Shown piece by piece: positions 19,451 through 28,324 of a DNA stretch of 64,000 nt. The notes under the pieces are model-generated. The model was not told the origin of the DNA. It worked only from the letters and a program-made list of their open reading frames with translations, and searched no databases. Positions within the stretch are counted from its first letter, which is position 1; every line of letters starts with the position of its first letter. Origin of the DNA: Sinimarinibacterium sp. (lineage in GTDB: Bacteria; Pseudomonadota; Gammaproteobacteria; Nevskiales; Nevskiaceae); NCBI GenBank assembly GCA_041659605.1, contig JBAZXW010000012.1, forward strand, positions 138 through 64,137, read 5' to 3'. The position numbers and the translations under genes were made by a program.

Positions 19451-21114
19451 TCGGCGGCAGGCGGGGGCAAATAAATCATCCGCCGGGCGGACTGTCGGAC
19501 CGCTCCGTACCAAGGGCTGCCGTTCGCGATCTTGGCGTGGGTGTCGCCGACCGACTCGGAGCGGCAGTTTGAATAGGACCTGCCTTGATTGGAGACCTGA
19601 CTTACAGGCGCGCCTGGACGCGCTCGCAACACCGAGAGCGCAGCCATACTCGCCAGGACCAGCCAGAACAGACTGTCGCCGAAGCGCGCGTACGGCGTCA
19701 GGTCGCTGCGCAGCGGTGCGCGTTGCGCACTGAACGCTGACGTCTCGGCGTCGCCGGCGGCGAGCCACCTGCCGCTCGGCAGCACCATCCCCGCAGATCC
19801 GCCGTTCACCGACCGCAGCAGGCTGCGGCGCAGTTCGACGGCGTGGATCCGCGCCATTGCCAGATCCAGCTCGCCGCCGCGCCAATCGCGAAACAGCGAC
19901 AGGTTCGCCTGCTGCAGCAGCACCTGCGCGCCCGCATTCACGGCGCGGCGCAAGTCGTGGCGGAAGTGGATCTCGTAGCAGATCGCCGCCAGCAGCGGCG
20001 GCAGCTCGGCGGCGGCGATGGGGGAGCCGGCCTCGGCGAGCGGATCCGAAGCTTCCAGCAACGGTCGCTCGATCGCCGGCACCCGCCGCGCCTTGCGCCG
20101 CTCGGCCTGGATGCCTGCCGGCGTCACCAGTCGCGTGGTCAGTATGTCGTCCGCGAGATGGCAGGTGATTAAGAGTGGCGTGTCCAGCTCCGCGGCGAGG
20201 CGCTGCGCCGCGATGCAGCTGCGATCCGGCAGGCGTGTCACGCGCGGCGTCTCCGGCCACAGCACCAGCGCGACGTCGGGGTTCGCCGCCACCCCGGCGC
20301 GCGTCAGCTCGATCGCCGAGCGCGGCGCCGACAGGCCGAGGTCGCGGGTCAGCATCGCGTCCGGGGTTCCGCTGGGCCATTGCGCCTGCAGCGTCAATAC
20401 CGTCAACCGCTCGCTGGGCTCGGAGTCGACCTGCGGGAGGCGCCAGACGCCGTAACCGAGCGCGAGCGCCGCCGGCACCAGCACCGCGAGCACCGCGCCG
20501 CGGTTGCCGGCGCCGGGCCAGCACTGCGCCAGCCCCGCGTTGAGCGTCAGCAGCAAGCCGAGCAGCAGCGGCTCACCGCCGATCTCGGCCAGTTGCGTCA
20601 GCAGCGGCCAGCGCGAAATCAGCACCGCCGGCGTGTACATGAAGACCTGCGGGCAGCACAGGATCGCGCTGGCTAAGCCGAAGCCCGCGATCCATGGCGC
20701 AATTGCGCCGCGCTGCAGGCGCGGCAGCGCGCACCACAGCGCGCCGAACAGCGCGAACGGCGCCGCGACCGCGCCGAACAGCACCGCCAGCTCCAGGTCG
20801 CCGCGCCACGACGGGTGCACCGAAGTCACCGCGTGGTAGAACGGCGGGAACTTGCCTGGCACGGCGTAGCACAGCCCGGCTACCAGCCCCCACGCCGTCG
20901 CCGCCCGTGGGCGCAACCCGCGCAGGCACAGGAAGTACGGCGTCAGCGCCAGCACCGCGAATACCGGCTGGTCGCCGAGCCCGGGCGTCGCCGCCCAGAC
21001 CAGCAGCGCCGTCAGCATGCAGCAGGCGCTGCGCGCGGCCGCGGCGTGCATCCAATGCAGCGCCGCCGCGGGGATGACGATGCCAGCCGTCGAGGCGATC
21101 GTTGCGCTGTTCAC
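19390..21114 (-). CDS. Divergent apolipoprotein N-acyltransferase-like protein (membrane domain plus nitrilase fold)
   Basis: Multiple TM helices, then VLWPET (E), RRKARRVPAIE (K), ICYEIHF (C), IHAVELRRSLLRSVNGG; the C-terminal ~60 aa look like read-through. Confidence 0.75.
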   Translation of the reverse strand: MNSATIASTAGIVIPAAALHWMHAAAARSACCMLTALLVWAATPGLGDQPVFAVLALTPYFLCLRGLRPRAATAWGLVAGLCYAVPGKFPPFYHAVTSVHPSWRGDLELAVLFGAVAAPFALFGALWCALPRLQRGAIAPWIAGFGLASAILCCPQVFMYTPAVLISRWPLLTQLAEIGGEPLLLGLLLTLNAGLAQCWPGAGNRGAVLAVLVPAALALGYGVWRLPQVDSEPSERLTVLTLQAQWPSGTPDAMLTRDLGLSAPRSAIELTRAGVAANPDVALVLWPETPRVTRLPDRSCIAAQRLAAELDTPLLITCHLADDILTTRLVTPAGIQAERRKARRVPAIERPLLEASDPLAEAGSPIAAAELPPLLAAICYEIHFRHDLRRAVNAGAQVLLQQANLSLFRDWRGGELDLAMARIHAVELRRSLLRSVNGGSAGMVLPSGRWLAAGDAETSAFSAQRAPLRSDLTPYARFGDSLFWLVLASMAALSVLRARPGAPVSQVSNQGRSYSNCRSESVGDTHAKIANGSPWYGAVRQSARRMIYLPPPAADQGVVCRDSRPRLATTKGVR

Positions 21115-21126
21115 GTTGCTTGCGAC

Positions 21127-22479
21127 CTAGTCGTTGTCGTCGATGCGCACGCGCTCGGCCAGCTGCGCGCCAGGCTTTGCGTTTCTGATGCGACCGAGGC
21201 GCAGGCCCACGTACTCCAGCGGCTCGGCGATCTGGTCGTCGACCAGGGCGAGGGTGACGCTCGCGGTGGTCTGGCCGGGCGCGAAGCTGACGACGCCGCT
21301 CGTCGCGCTGTAGTCGTCGGGGCGGACTGCGGAGCCGCCCAAGCGCAGCGGCACGCTGACTATCGCCTTCGACGGCGCCGACAGCGACAGGTTCACTTGC
21401 ACGTGGGCGCCTTCGACGACGGTGCGATTGGCCGCGTCGGTGAATCGCAGCTCCGGCAGCGGCACGGCGTCACCCCAGGTATAGCCAAGCGACTTGGGCG
21501 GGCCGTAGCCGTATTCGACGACGCCATCGGCATTGGTCCGCGATCCTTCCATCAGCAAAGTCATCGGTAGCGACGCCGCGTCGAACCCGGCAGGCAGCAG
21601 CGGATCGGTGTAGTCGCGGCCCGGCACCCAGTGGCCCTGGGCGATCTGCGGCGCATTTTGGATCGGTTGGAAGCTCTTGAAGTAGAGCACCAGCCAGACG
21701 CTGTCGGGCTGCGTCAGCTCGTAGCCGACCATCGTCGGGTTCACGCGGTCGCCGATCCTCACGGGGACCGAGTAGACGTAGTCGTTGTCGACGTCGCGGA
21801 TGTCGACGATGAGTTCCTGCAGATGGCCGTGGCGATCGGTGGTGTAGCGCAGGTCCGCCAGCGCGCCCTTGAACTCGTAGTCGCTGTAGTCGTGCCCGGC
21901 CTGTATCTCCTCGAACTCGCGGTACAGGACGTAGGGCGCCCAGTGCAGGCGACCGGGCCGCGTGAAGAACGGATCGTCCGCCGCCGGCACGAAGTCCGGA
22001 TCGAGCAGGTACGAGGACAGCAGGCGCGGCACGCCGTCGCCGATGTCCATGAACATCGGCTCGCGCTGCCAGCCGGGGACGGCGTAGTGCGTCGCGTCGA
22101 TCGGCGTCGCCATCAGGCTATAGGCGACGAGCAGCAGGTCCACGTTGCCGGCCCGGAACGGGAAGGTGACCACGCCGTGGACTTCGTCCCAGCTGCCGCC
22201 GAGGGCACCCCTCAGCGTTTCGCCGTCGGGCGGTCGCGCCGTGGTCGCGGCGACGAGCTTGGCCCGGTGCGCCTGGTCGTGATAGGCCGCGTAACCCGGC
22301 GTCGGTCGCTGGCTGGGCTGCTTGAAGGCCAGTTTTGCATCTACTGGTACGCTAGATCCGCCGAGATTGCAGTTGATCGGGGTGGCGCTGCCCGAGGCGC
22401 TGTGCAGGGCGATCAGTCCGGCGACCGCGGCGACCAGGGCGCGGCGTGCGCCAGGCAGGGTAATCGATCGATGCTTCAT
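21127..22479 (-). CDS. Secreted protein with unknown N-terminal domain and C-terminal Calx-beta domain
   Basis: Start MKHRSI at 22479 with GGAGAG RBS and signal peptide; C-terminal DDYSATSGVVSFAPGQTTASVTLALVDDQIAEPLE...RIDDND. Confidence 0.8.
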   Translation of the reverse strand: MKHRSITLPGARRALVAAVAGLIALHSASGSATPINCNLGGSSVPVDAKLAFKQPSQRPTPGYAAYHDQAHRAKLVAATTARPPDGETLRGALGGSWDEVHGVVTFPFRAGNVDLLLVAYSLMATPIDATHYAVPGWQREPMFMDIGDGVPRLLSSYLLDPDFVPAADDPFFTRPGRLHWAPYVLYREFEEIQAGHDYSDYEFKGALADLRYTTDRHGHLQELIVDIRDVDNDYVYSVPVRIGDRVNPTMVGYELTQPDSVWLVLYFKSFQPIQNAPQIAQGHWVPGRDYTDPLLPAGFDAASLPMTLLMEGSRTNADGVVEYGYGPPKSLGYTWGDAVPLPELRFTDAANRTVVEGAHVQVNLSLSAPSKAIVSVPLRLGGSAVRPDDYSATSGVVSFAPGQTTASVTLALVDDQIAEPLEYVGLRLGRIRNAKPGAQLAERVRIDDND

Positions 22480-22527
22480 GTCAGCTCTCCTGTGTGTGTC
22501 TGTTGTACGCGCGACGGCCCGCCGACG

Positions 22528-22547
22528 AATCACGAATTCATGTGATT
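22528..22547. promoter_or_regulatory. 20-bp imperfect palindrome, copy 1 (candidate operator)
   Basis: AATCACGAATTCATGTGATT, about 50 bp upstream of the Calx-beta gene start. Confidence 0.6.
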
Positions 22548-22910
22548 GGGTGCAGCGAACAATCCGACGACCGCGCGGCCGATGGCGCGCGGGCTGCTGT
22601 CCTTCAACAGGCAGCCGTGCGCGCCGGCCGCCAGCGCCGCACGCTGGCGCGGGCAGCTGTCGAAAACGCTCATGACGATGATCCGCGTGCCCGCGCGCAG
22701 CGCTTCCGGGATCAGGTCGCCGCCGTCGCCGTCCGGCAGGCCGAGGTCGAGCAACAGCGCGTCGGGCGTCCGTGCGTCGAGCTCGGCGCGGGCCTGGGCA
22801 CAATTGCCGGCGGTGGCGAGCAGTTGCAGCCCGGGGTCCTCGGCAATCGCTGCCGCGAGGCGCTCGCGTGTGCGGGGATCGTCTTCGACCAGTAGGACGG
22901 TATAGGCCAT
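22530..22910 (-). CDS. Stand-alone REC domain protein (NarL-like, no HTH)
   Basis: VLLVEDD, LLLDLGLPDG, LLKD; clearly similar to the REC of 24819..25484. Confidence 0.75.
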   Translation of the reverse strand: MAYTVLLVEDDPRTRERLAAAIAEDPGLQLLATAGNCAQARAELDARTPDALLLDLGLPDGDGGDLIPEALRAGTRIIVMSVFDSCPRQRAALAAGAHGCLLKDSSPRAIGRAVVGLFAAPNHMNS

Positions 22911-22942
22911 GCGCGCAGTGTCCGCGCGCAGCCACGCCGCGT

Positions 22943-22962
22943 AATCACGAATTCATGTGATT
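22943..22962. promoter_or_regulatory. 20-bp imperfect palindrome, copy 2 (identical to copy 1)
   Basis: AATCACGAATTCATGTGATT, about 33 bp upstream of the REC-only gene start. Confidence 0.6.
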
Positions 22963-22971
22963 CGGGTCGGG

Positions 22972-24813
22972 TTATGACCCGGTGGGCACCCACAGAACGA
23001 TGCGTGTGCCAGGCGAAACCGATTCGAAATCCAGCCGCCCGCCCATCTTCTGCGCGCGCACGCGCATGTTGGACAGGCCATAGCCGCCGGATTCGACTCC
23101 CGCCGGATCGAAGCCCGCGCCGTCGTCGCGCAGCTCGACCCTCACGCCGTTTTCATGCGAGCTCGCGCCGACGCTGAAGGTCTGCGCGCCGGCATGCTTC
23201 ACCGTGTTCGTGAACGCCTCCTGCACCACGCGCATCAGCTGGAGTGTGGCGCCGCGCTCCAGCGCGAGCGACTCCGGCAGGGCCTGCATGTCCCATTCGA
23301 GTGCCAGGCCCGCGTCCTCGGCCAGGCGCGCGATCCGCTCGCGCAAGGTGGCCAGCGCGGCGCGCAGCGTGCCGCTACCCTGGTCGAGCGAATAGATCAT
23401 CAGCCGCAGGTCGTCGAGCGCGCTGCGCAGGGACTGCGCGGCGGCGGAATCCCTTTCCCCCTGCAGGTCGAGGCCCGCAAGGGTGGATACGAGCGTGCCA
23501 CCCAGGCCGTCGTGCATGTCGCGCTGGATGCGCTCGCGCTCGTCGGCGAGCAGGCGCTGCTGCTCGCTGCGCCTGAGCTCCTCGTAGGTGCGCTCCAGCT
23601 CCGCCTGCTTCTGCCGGACGCGGTCGTCGAGCTCGCGGTTGAGCGTTTCCGATTCGCGCAGGGCGCCAAGGAAGCGCGCGATCAGGATCGACGTGAAGAC
23701 GCCGATCCCGAGCCAGATCATGTAGTGGAAGTACTCCCCGTCGAAGGGCGCGAGCAGGCCGTTCTCCATCAACACGTCGCGGCCGCCGGCGGCCAGCAGC
23801 GAAGCCGCCGCGGTCAGCATCCAGACCGAGGACGCCGTGCGCTGCTGCCACGCGTGGCGCACGAACAGCGACACCGGATAGAAGCCGAAGGCGAATGTAA
23901 GCGCCGAGCAGACCGTCACGGCAAGCGTGGAGAAGTTCGCGGGGCTGGCGATTGCCACTGCCGCCATCGCCAGCGCGCCGAGCGCGCTGTACCCGCCCAG
24001 GAAAGCCGCCAGCCGCGGCCGCGACAGGCCGAGGAAGTGCAGACCGAACACGGTGACCGCCGCGATCATCCAGGCACGCGACACGTGGTGCAGCCATTCC
24101 CACCACACCGATGGCAGCGACAGTCCGGTGGAAACCAGGCCCAGGCAATGCAGCACGACCGCCGGCATGGTCAGCGAATACCAAAGGTACACGCGCTCCT
24201 CGCGGCGGCCCCACCACACCGCGAACATCACCAAGCCGAGCACCAGCACGGCCACGATCAGGACGTAGATGGATTGGACGTTGAGGAACTGGCGCAGGTC
24301 GAAATACGGCTGCAGTTGCGCCAGCGGACCGAGATAGACCTGCTGCAAGAAGCCGCTCCCGGACGGCTCAGCGCGCAGCTCCACCGCGATGTCGTTGGCC
24401 CCGCTGCGCAACAACCGCCCCGGGACGCGGAACAGCAGCGGGCGGAAGCTGTAACGCGCCAGCGGCTCCTGCATGCTGCCACCATCGCCGATGCGCTCGC
24501 CGTTGACGTACACGGCGGCGTTCAGGCTCAGGCTCGGGAGGTAGATCACCCACGCCTCGTCCGGCGCCGAGGCGAGTTGCGCGGCAGTCTCGTAGCGCGC
24601 GCCGCGCAGCTCCGGCGCGAACTCGCGCCACTGGTTCGGGAGGACGGTGCTCGGGGACACCAGCACCGCCGGATCGAGGCCGACCAGGGTCCAGCGCCCG
24701 CCGCCTGCAAGCCAGGCGTCCGGCGGCTGGATCCGGTGCAGCCCGACGAGGGTGGCGACGAATCCCAGCCAGGCCAGCAACCCAAGCAGCGAACGCCAGC
24801 CGAGCGAGCTCAC
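22972..24813 (-). CDS. Membrane sensor histidine kinase (periplasmic sugar-binding-like domain, 7TM region, HisKA_3 type)
   Basis: GTG start at 24813; ERERIQRDMHDGLGG H-box, QEAFTNTVKHA, DDGAGFD, GYGLSNMRVRA. Confidence 0.88.
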   Translation of the reverse strand: MSSLGWRSLLGLLAWLGFVATLVGLHRIQPPDAWLAGGGRWTLVGLDPAVLVSPSTVLPNQWREFAPELRGARYETAAQLASAPDEAWVIYLPSLSLNAAVYVNGERIGDGGSMQEPLARYSFRPLLFRVPGRLLRSGANDIAVELRAEPSGSGFLQQVYLGPLAQLQPYFDLRQFLNVQSIYVLIVAVLVLGLVMFAVWWGRREERVYLWYSLTMPAVVLHCLGLVSTGLSLPSVWWEWLHHVSRAWMIAAVTVFGLHFLGLSRPRLAAFLGGYSALGALAMAAVAIASPANFSTLAVTVCSALTFAFGFYPVSLFVRHAWQQRTASSVWMLTAAASLLAAGGRDVLMENGLLAPFDGEYFHYMIWLGIGVFTSILIARFLGALRESETLNRELDDRVRQKQAELERTYEELRRSEQQRLLADERERIQRDMHDGLGGTLVSTLAGLDLQGERDSAAAQSLRSALDDLRLMIYSLDQGSGTLRAALATLRERIARLAEDAGLALEWDMQALPESLALERGATLQLMRVVQEAFTNTVKHAGAQTFSVGASSHENGVRVELRDDGAGFDPAGVESGGYGLSNMRVRAQKMGGRLDFESVSPGTRIVLWVPTGS

Positions 24814-24818
24814 GCTTG

Positions 24819-25484
24819 TTAGTTCCGCGGCCGCGTCAGCAGGCCGCGCTGCTCGGCCTCGCGCACCGCTTTGCCGCGCGAATTGACGGCAAGCTTGTCG
24901 TAGATGTGCTTGATGTGCGTGCCCACCGTATTGATGGAGATGAACAGCCGGGTGGCGATCTCGGCGTAGGAGCAGCCGTCTGCCACCAGTTGCAGGACGC
25001 CGATCTCGCGGGCGGAAAGCTCGTCGACGAGCTTCGCCGCGGGCATCGGCACCAACGCCGGCGCGGCCTGCAGGTGCTTGAGCAGGTAACGCGCGACCGC
25101 GGCACTGATCGGCGAGCCGCCGGCCAGCAGGTCCGCGATGGCGCGCCCGATCTCGCGCTCGCTGGCGTCCTTGAGCAGGTAGCCGCTGGCGCCGGCGCGG
25201 ATCGCCTCGACCACGTGCGCCTCGTCGCCGAACACGGTGATGACCATGCTTCGCGCTTGCGGATGCGCGGCGCATGTCTCGCGGATCAGGTCGGCGCCGG
25301 AGCCGTCCGGCAAACCGAGATCGGTAAGCAGGACATCTGGCGCGACGCGCACCAGCTGGGCGCGCGCTTCAGCACAGCTGCCAACGTCGGCGATGAGGCA
25401 GAGCGCCGGGTTGGCTGCGATCGCGCGCGCCAGCCGGGCGCGGGTTCGCGCATCGTCCTCGACCAGCAAGATCCGGTGCGGCAC
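24819..25484 (-). CDS. NarL/LuxR family response regulator
   Basis: REC plus LSAREIGVLQLVADGCSYAEIATRLFISINTVGTHIKHIYDKL HTH. Confidence 0.93.
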   Translation of the reverse strand: MPHRILLVEDDARTRARLARAIAANPALCLIADVGSCAEARAQLVRVAPDVLLTDLGLPDGSGADLIRETCAAHPQARSMVITVFGDEAHVVEAIRAGASGYLLKDASEREIGRAIADLLAGGSPISAAVARYLLKHLQAAPALVPMPAAKLVDELSAREIGVLQLVADGCSYAEIATRLFISINTVGTHIKHIYDKLAVNSRGKAVREAEQRGLLTRPRN

Positions 25485-25691
25485 GGTCAGTCAAGCCCCC
25501 GATTGACGAACGACAGTATGGATGCATTTGGGTGAACGCATGTCCGGGACGGCGGTAACCAGACGCAACCGCAGTGGAAAGCCCATAGGTCTCCGCCATG
25601 GCCTGTGCGCGCCGCCTGCCGTCCAGGCCGACCCCGCGACCGACTCCAACGGGCTGATCAGCGACCGTGGTCACGGCGGCCGTAGCAGAGG

Positions 25692-26648
25692 TTACCTGTC
25701 CGGGCATAGATGGATTTCAATCGTCGAGTGAACAATCTCCTCGTGGATCGACAATCGTTTGCGCACAGTCTCCGGCGTAAGCGTTGCATCATGGGTGACG
25801 ACAGATAACGCACACGAATAGACCCGCTTGCCGACTCGCCACACATGCAGGTCGGTGATCCTCGTTTCGCCGGCACCTGTTTCGACCGCTTCACGAATTT
25901 CATCGACAACAGGGTGATCCATCTCGCGATCCAGCAAGACCTTGCCGGTATCGACGATCAGGCCTTTGGCCCACACAGCCACCAGGACGGCGCCGACGAT
26001 ACCCATGACCGGGTCCAGCCACGACCATCCGAAGAACCAGCCGCCGATCAGTGCGACGATCGCGAGGACTGAAGTCGCCGCATCGGCGACCACGTGGAGA
26101 TAAGCCGACTTCAAGTTCAGGTCATGATGAGCGCCGTGAGAATGCTCGTGCTCTTCGTGCGAGTGCCCATGTCCATGCGGATGGTCGTGATGGTGCGCCT
26201 TGCCGAGAATCAGTGCGCAGAGCAGGTTGACCAGTAGCCCCAGAACCGCAACGACGATCGCCTCCCGATAGTGAATCGGTTGGGGCGAGAAGATGCGCTC
26301 AGTCGAACCGATCACCATCATCGCGGCGACGCCAAGCAGGACGATCGCGCTGGCAAAGCCGCCCAGAATCTCGATCTTCCAGGTGCCGAACGCGAAACGC
26401 GGATCCCGCGCGTAGCGGCGCGCGGTGGCATATGCCATCGCGCTCAAGCCAATGGCGACCGTGTGGGAGCTCATGTGCCACCCATCGGCCAGCAGTGCCA
26501 TCGAGTTGAACCACCAGCCCGCGACGATCTCGACGATCATCATCGCCGCAGTGATCCACATCACCACCCGGGTGCTGCGCTCCGCGGACGCGTTGCTCGT
26601 ATCGAACGCGTGCTCGTGCTTCCACGCGGAAAGGTTTTCGGTATGCAT
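25692..26648 (-). CDS. dmeF: CDF family Co/Ni efflux transporter, DmeF-like
   Basis: Start MHTENL; SMALLADGWHM, His-rich loop HHHDHPHGHGHSHEEHEHSHGAHH, AYLHVVADA, DLHVWRVG. Confidence 0.88.
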   Translation of the reverse strand: MHTENLSAWKHEHAFDTSNASAERSTRVVMWITAAMMIVEIVAGWWFNSMALLADGWHMSSHTVAIGLSAMAYATARRYARDPRFAFGTWKIEILGGFASAIVLLGVAAMMVIGSTERIFSPQPIHYREAIVVAVLGLLVNLLCALILGKAHHHDHPHGHGHSHEEHEHSHGAHHDLNLKSAYLHVVADAATSVLAIVALIGGWFFGWSWLDPVMGIVGAVLVAVWAKGLIVDTGKVLLDREMDHPVVDEIREAVETGAGETRITDLHVWRVGKRVYSCALSVVTHDATLTPETVRKRLSIHEEIVHSTIEIHLCPDR

Positions 26649-26673
26649 TTCGCCCTCGTATCGGCGGGGTGAA

Positions 26674-27252
26674 TCAGAAGCCAAGCGTGGCACCAGCACC
26701 CAGCAAGGTTGCAGTACCCAAGACGGCGAATATCGCAGCGGCAATCGAATGCACCAGCTTCATCGGTATTTTCTTGGCCAGCCGGTCGCCGACGAAGACC
26801 GCCGGAACATCCGCGATCAGCATGCCCAAGGTCGTGCCGATCACGACCAGGACGGGCGCCGCATAGTGGGCGGCCATCGCGACCGTGGCAATCTGGGTCT
26901 TGTCACCCATCTCGGCCAGGAAGAAGGTGATCAGCGTCGCGCCGAACACCCCGAATCGCTTCGCGACCTTGGTTTCTTCTTCCTCGATCTCGTCCGGAAT
27001 CAGGGTCCAGAGGGCCATGCCGATAAACGAGAGCCCGAGCACCCAGCGCAGCACCTCCGGGCGCAGAACGGCCGTGATCCACGCGCCAAGCGCGCCGGCG
27101 ATGCCGTGGTTGACAACGGTCGCCGCCAGAATGCCGGCAATGATCGGCAGCGGCTTCTTGAAGCGGGCGGCGAGAATAAAAGCGAGGAGCTGGGTTTTGT
27201 CGCCGATTTCCGCGAGAGCAACAACACCGGTCGAGACGAAGAGCGATTCCAT
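26674..27252 (-). CDS. TMEM165/GDT1 (UPF0016) family Mn2+ exporter
   Basis: Two ExGDKTQ motifs (AEIGDKTQL, AEMGDKTQI); start MESLFV at 27252. Confidence 0.92.
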   Translation of the reverse strand: MESLFVSTGVVALAEIGDKTQLLAFILAARFKKPLPIIAGILAATVVNHGIAGALGAWITAVLRPEVLRWVLGLSFIGMALWTLIPDEIEEEETKVAKRFGVFGATLITFFLAEMGDKTQIATVAMAAHYAAPVLVVIGTTLGMLIADVPAVFVGDRLAKKIPMKLVHSIAAAIFAVLGTATLLGAGATLGF

Positions 27253-27309
27253 GACGATTCCACGGCCGGCATCAGACGAATGACCACGACGCAACCCCGG
27301 CCATCGGAG

Positions 27310-27422
27310 GCGTTGTGGTCAATGGTCTTGCCATGCGCAGGGACCGTTTACGCCATGGCCTGTGGGCCAAGTGTGTTGACGTAAACCTCTTCGTGACGAA
27401 GAGCGGCTACTCCCCAGTGACC
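27310..27422 (-). ncRNA. yybP-ykoY manganese riboswitch
   Basis: Minus strand GGGGAGTAGCC...CGTCAACACACTTGGC...GCCATGGCG...GGCAAGACCATTGACC directly upstream of the TMEM165 gene; boundaries approximate. Confidence 0.85.
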
Positions 27423-27607
27423 CGACGATATTACCACGTAGAGCCGGCGGGCTCCGTCGAACGCAGGGCCAGAAGCAGGATCAAACGTTCCTGATTGCTG
27501 TCAAATTCTGTCCGTGCCGTTCGACTACCGTGTGAAGGCGCCGGATGAATGACCGGCGCGAGGGCTAAAGGGCGGCTGAGGCTGCACTCAAGCAAAGGAG
27601 AGCAACG

Positions 27608-28093
27608 ATGAACAAGAACACGATCTGCCTGTGGTACGACCACGATGCGGAGGCGGCTGCACGCTTCTATGCCCGGACGTTTCCCGACAGCACCGTCGGC
27701 CAGGTATTCCGGGCGCCGTCCGACTTCCCGGGCGGGAAGGCGGGTCAGGTCTTGACGGTCGAGTTCACTGTCTGCGGCGTGCCGTGCCTCGGCCTCAATG
27801 GCGGGAACGCGTTCCAGCACAACGAGGCTTTCTCATTTCAGATCGCCACCGACGATCAGGAGGAAACGGATCGTTACTGGAATGCCATCGTCGATAACGG
27901 CGGTGCAGAGAGCGCGTGCGGCTGGTGCAAGGACAAATGGGGACTTTCGTGGCAGATCACCCCGCGCGTCCTGACCGAAGCAATGACCGCAGGTGGTGAC
28001 GTGGCCAAGCGTGCATTCGCGGCGATGATGGAGATGCGGAAGATCGACGTCGCCAAGATCGAGGCGGCAGCGCGCGGAAAGACATCTGCCTAG
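27608..28093 (+). CDS. VOC/PhnB-like (3-demethylubiquinone-9 3-methyltransferase family) protein
   Basis: ICLWYDHDAEAAARFY, LGLNGG, CGWCKDKWGLSWQITP. Confidence 0.9.
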   Translation: MNKNTICLWYDHDAEAAARFYARTFPDSTVGQVFRAPSDFPGGKAGQVLTVEFTVCGVPCLGLNGGNAFQHNEAFSFQIATDDQEETDRYWNAIVDNGGAESACGWCKDKWGLSWQITPRVLTEAMTAGGDVAKRAFAAMMEMRKIDVAKIEAAARGKTSA

Positions 28094-28192
28094 CGGGTTC
28101 GCGGCGTAGGCGAATGTCTCAGACGTGCCATCAAGAGACGTTCGGGCCAGCAGCCCGACCGCTCCGTGTCGACCCATAGCCGCCGGCCGTGC

Positions 28193-28324
28193 CGTCTCGA
28201 GGCGGAAATGGAGTGGATCGAGCGTTACCGCCAGGTGTGGGACGCGCGCTTCGATGCGCTGGACGGTGTCATCGACGAATTCAAACGACAGGAGAAGGCC
28301 CGTGGCCGCAAGAAAAGTAGGTGA
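28193..28324 (+). pseudogene. 3' remnant of an ArsR/SmtB-family regulator
   Basis: Manual translation RLEAEMEWIERYRQVWDARFDALDGVIDEFKRQE, the usual C-terminus of ArsR proteins preceding SRPBCC genes; HTH absent. Confidence 0.65.

Noticed and set aside
22528-22547. Palindrome as a CRP/FNR box
   Set aside because: Half-sites are in TCAC-N8-GTGA orientation, the inverse of TGTGA-N6-TCACA
28125-28301. 5' extension of the SRPBCC ORF
   Set aside because: It overlaps the ArsR remnant in another frame; GTG at 28302 is the more plausible start
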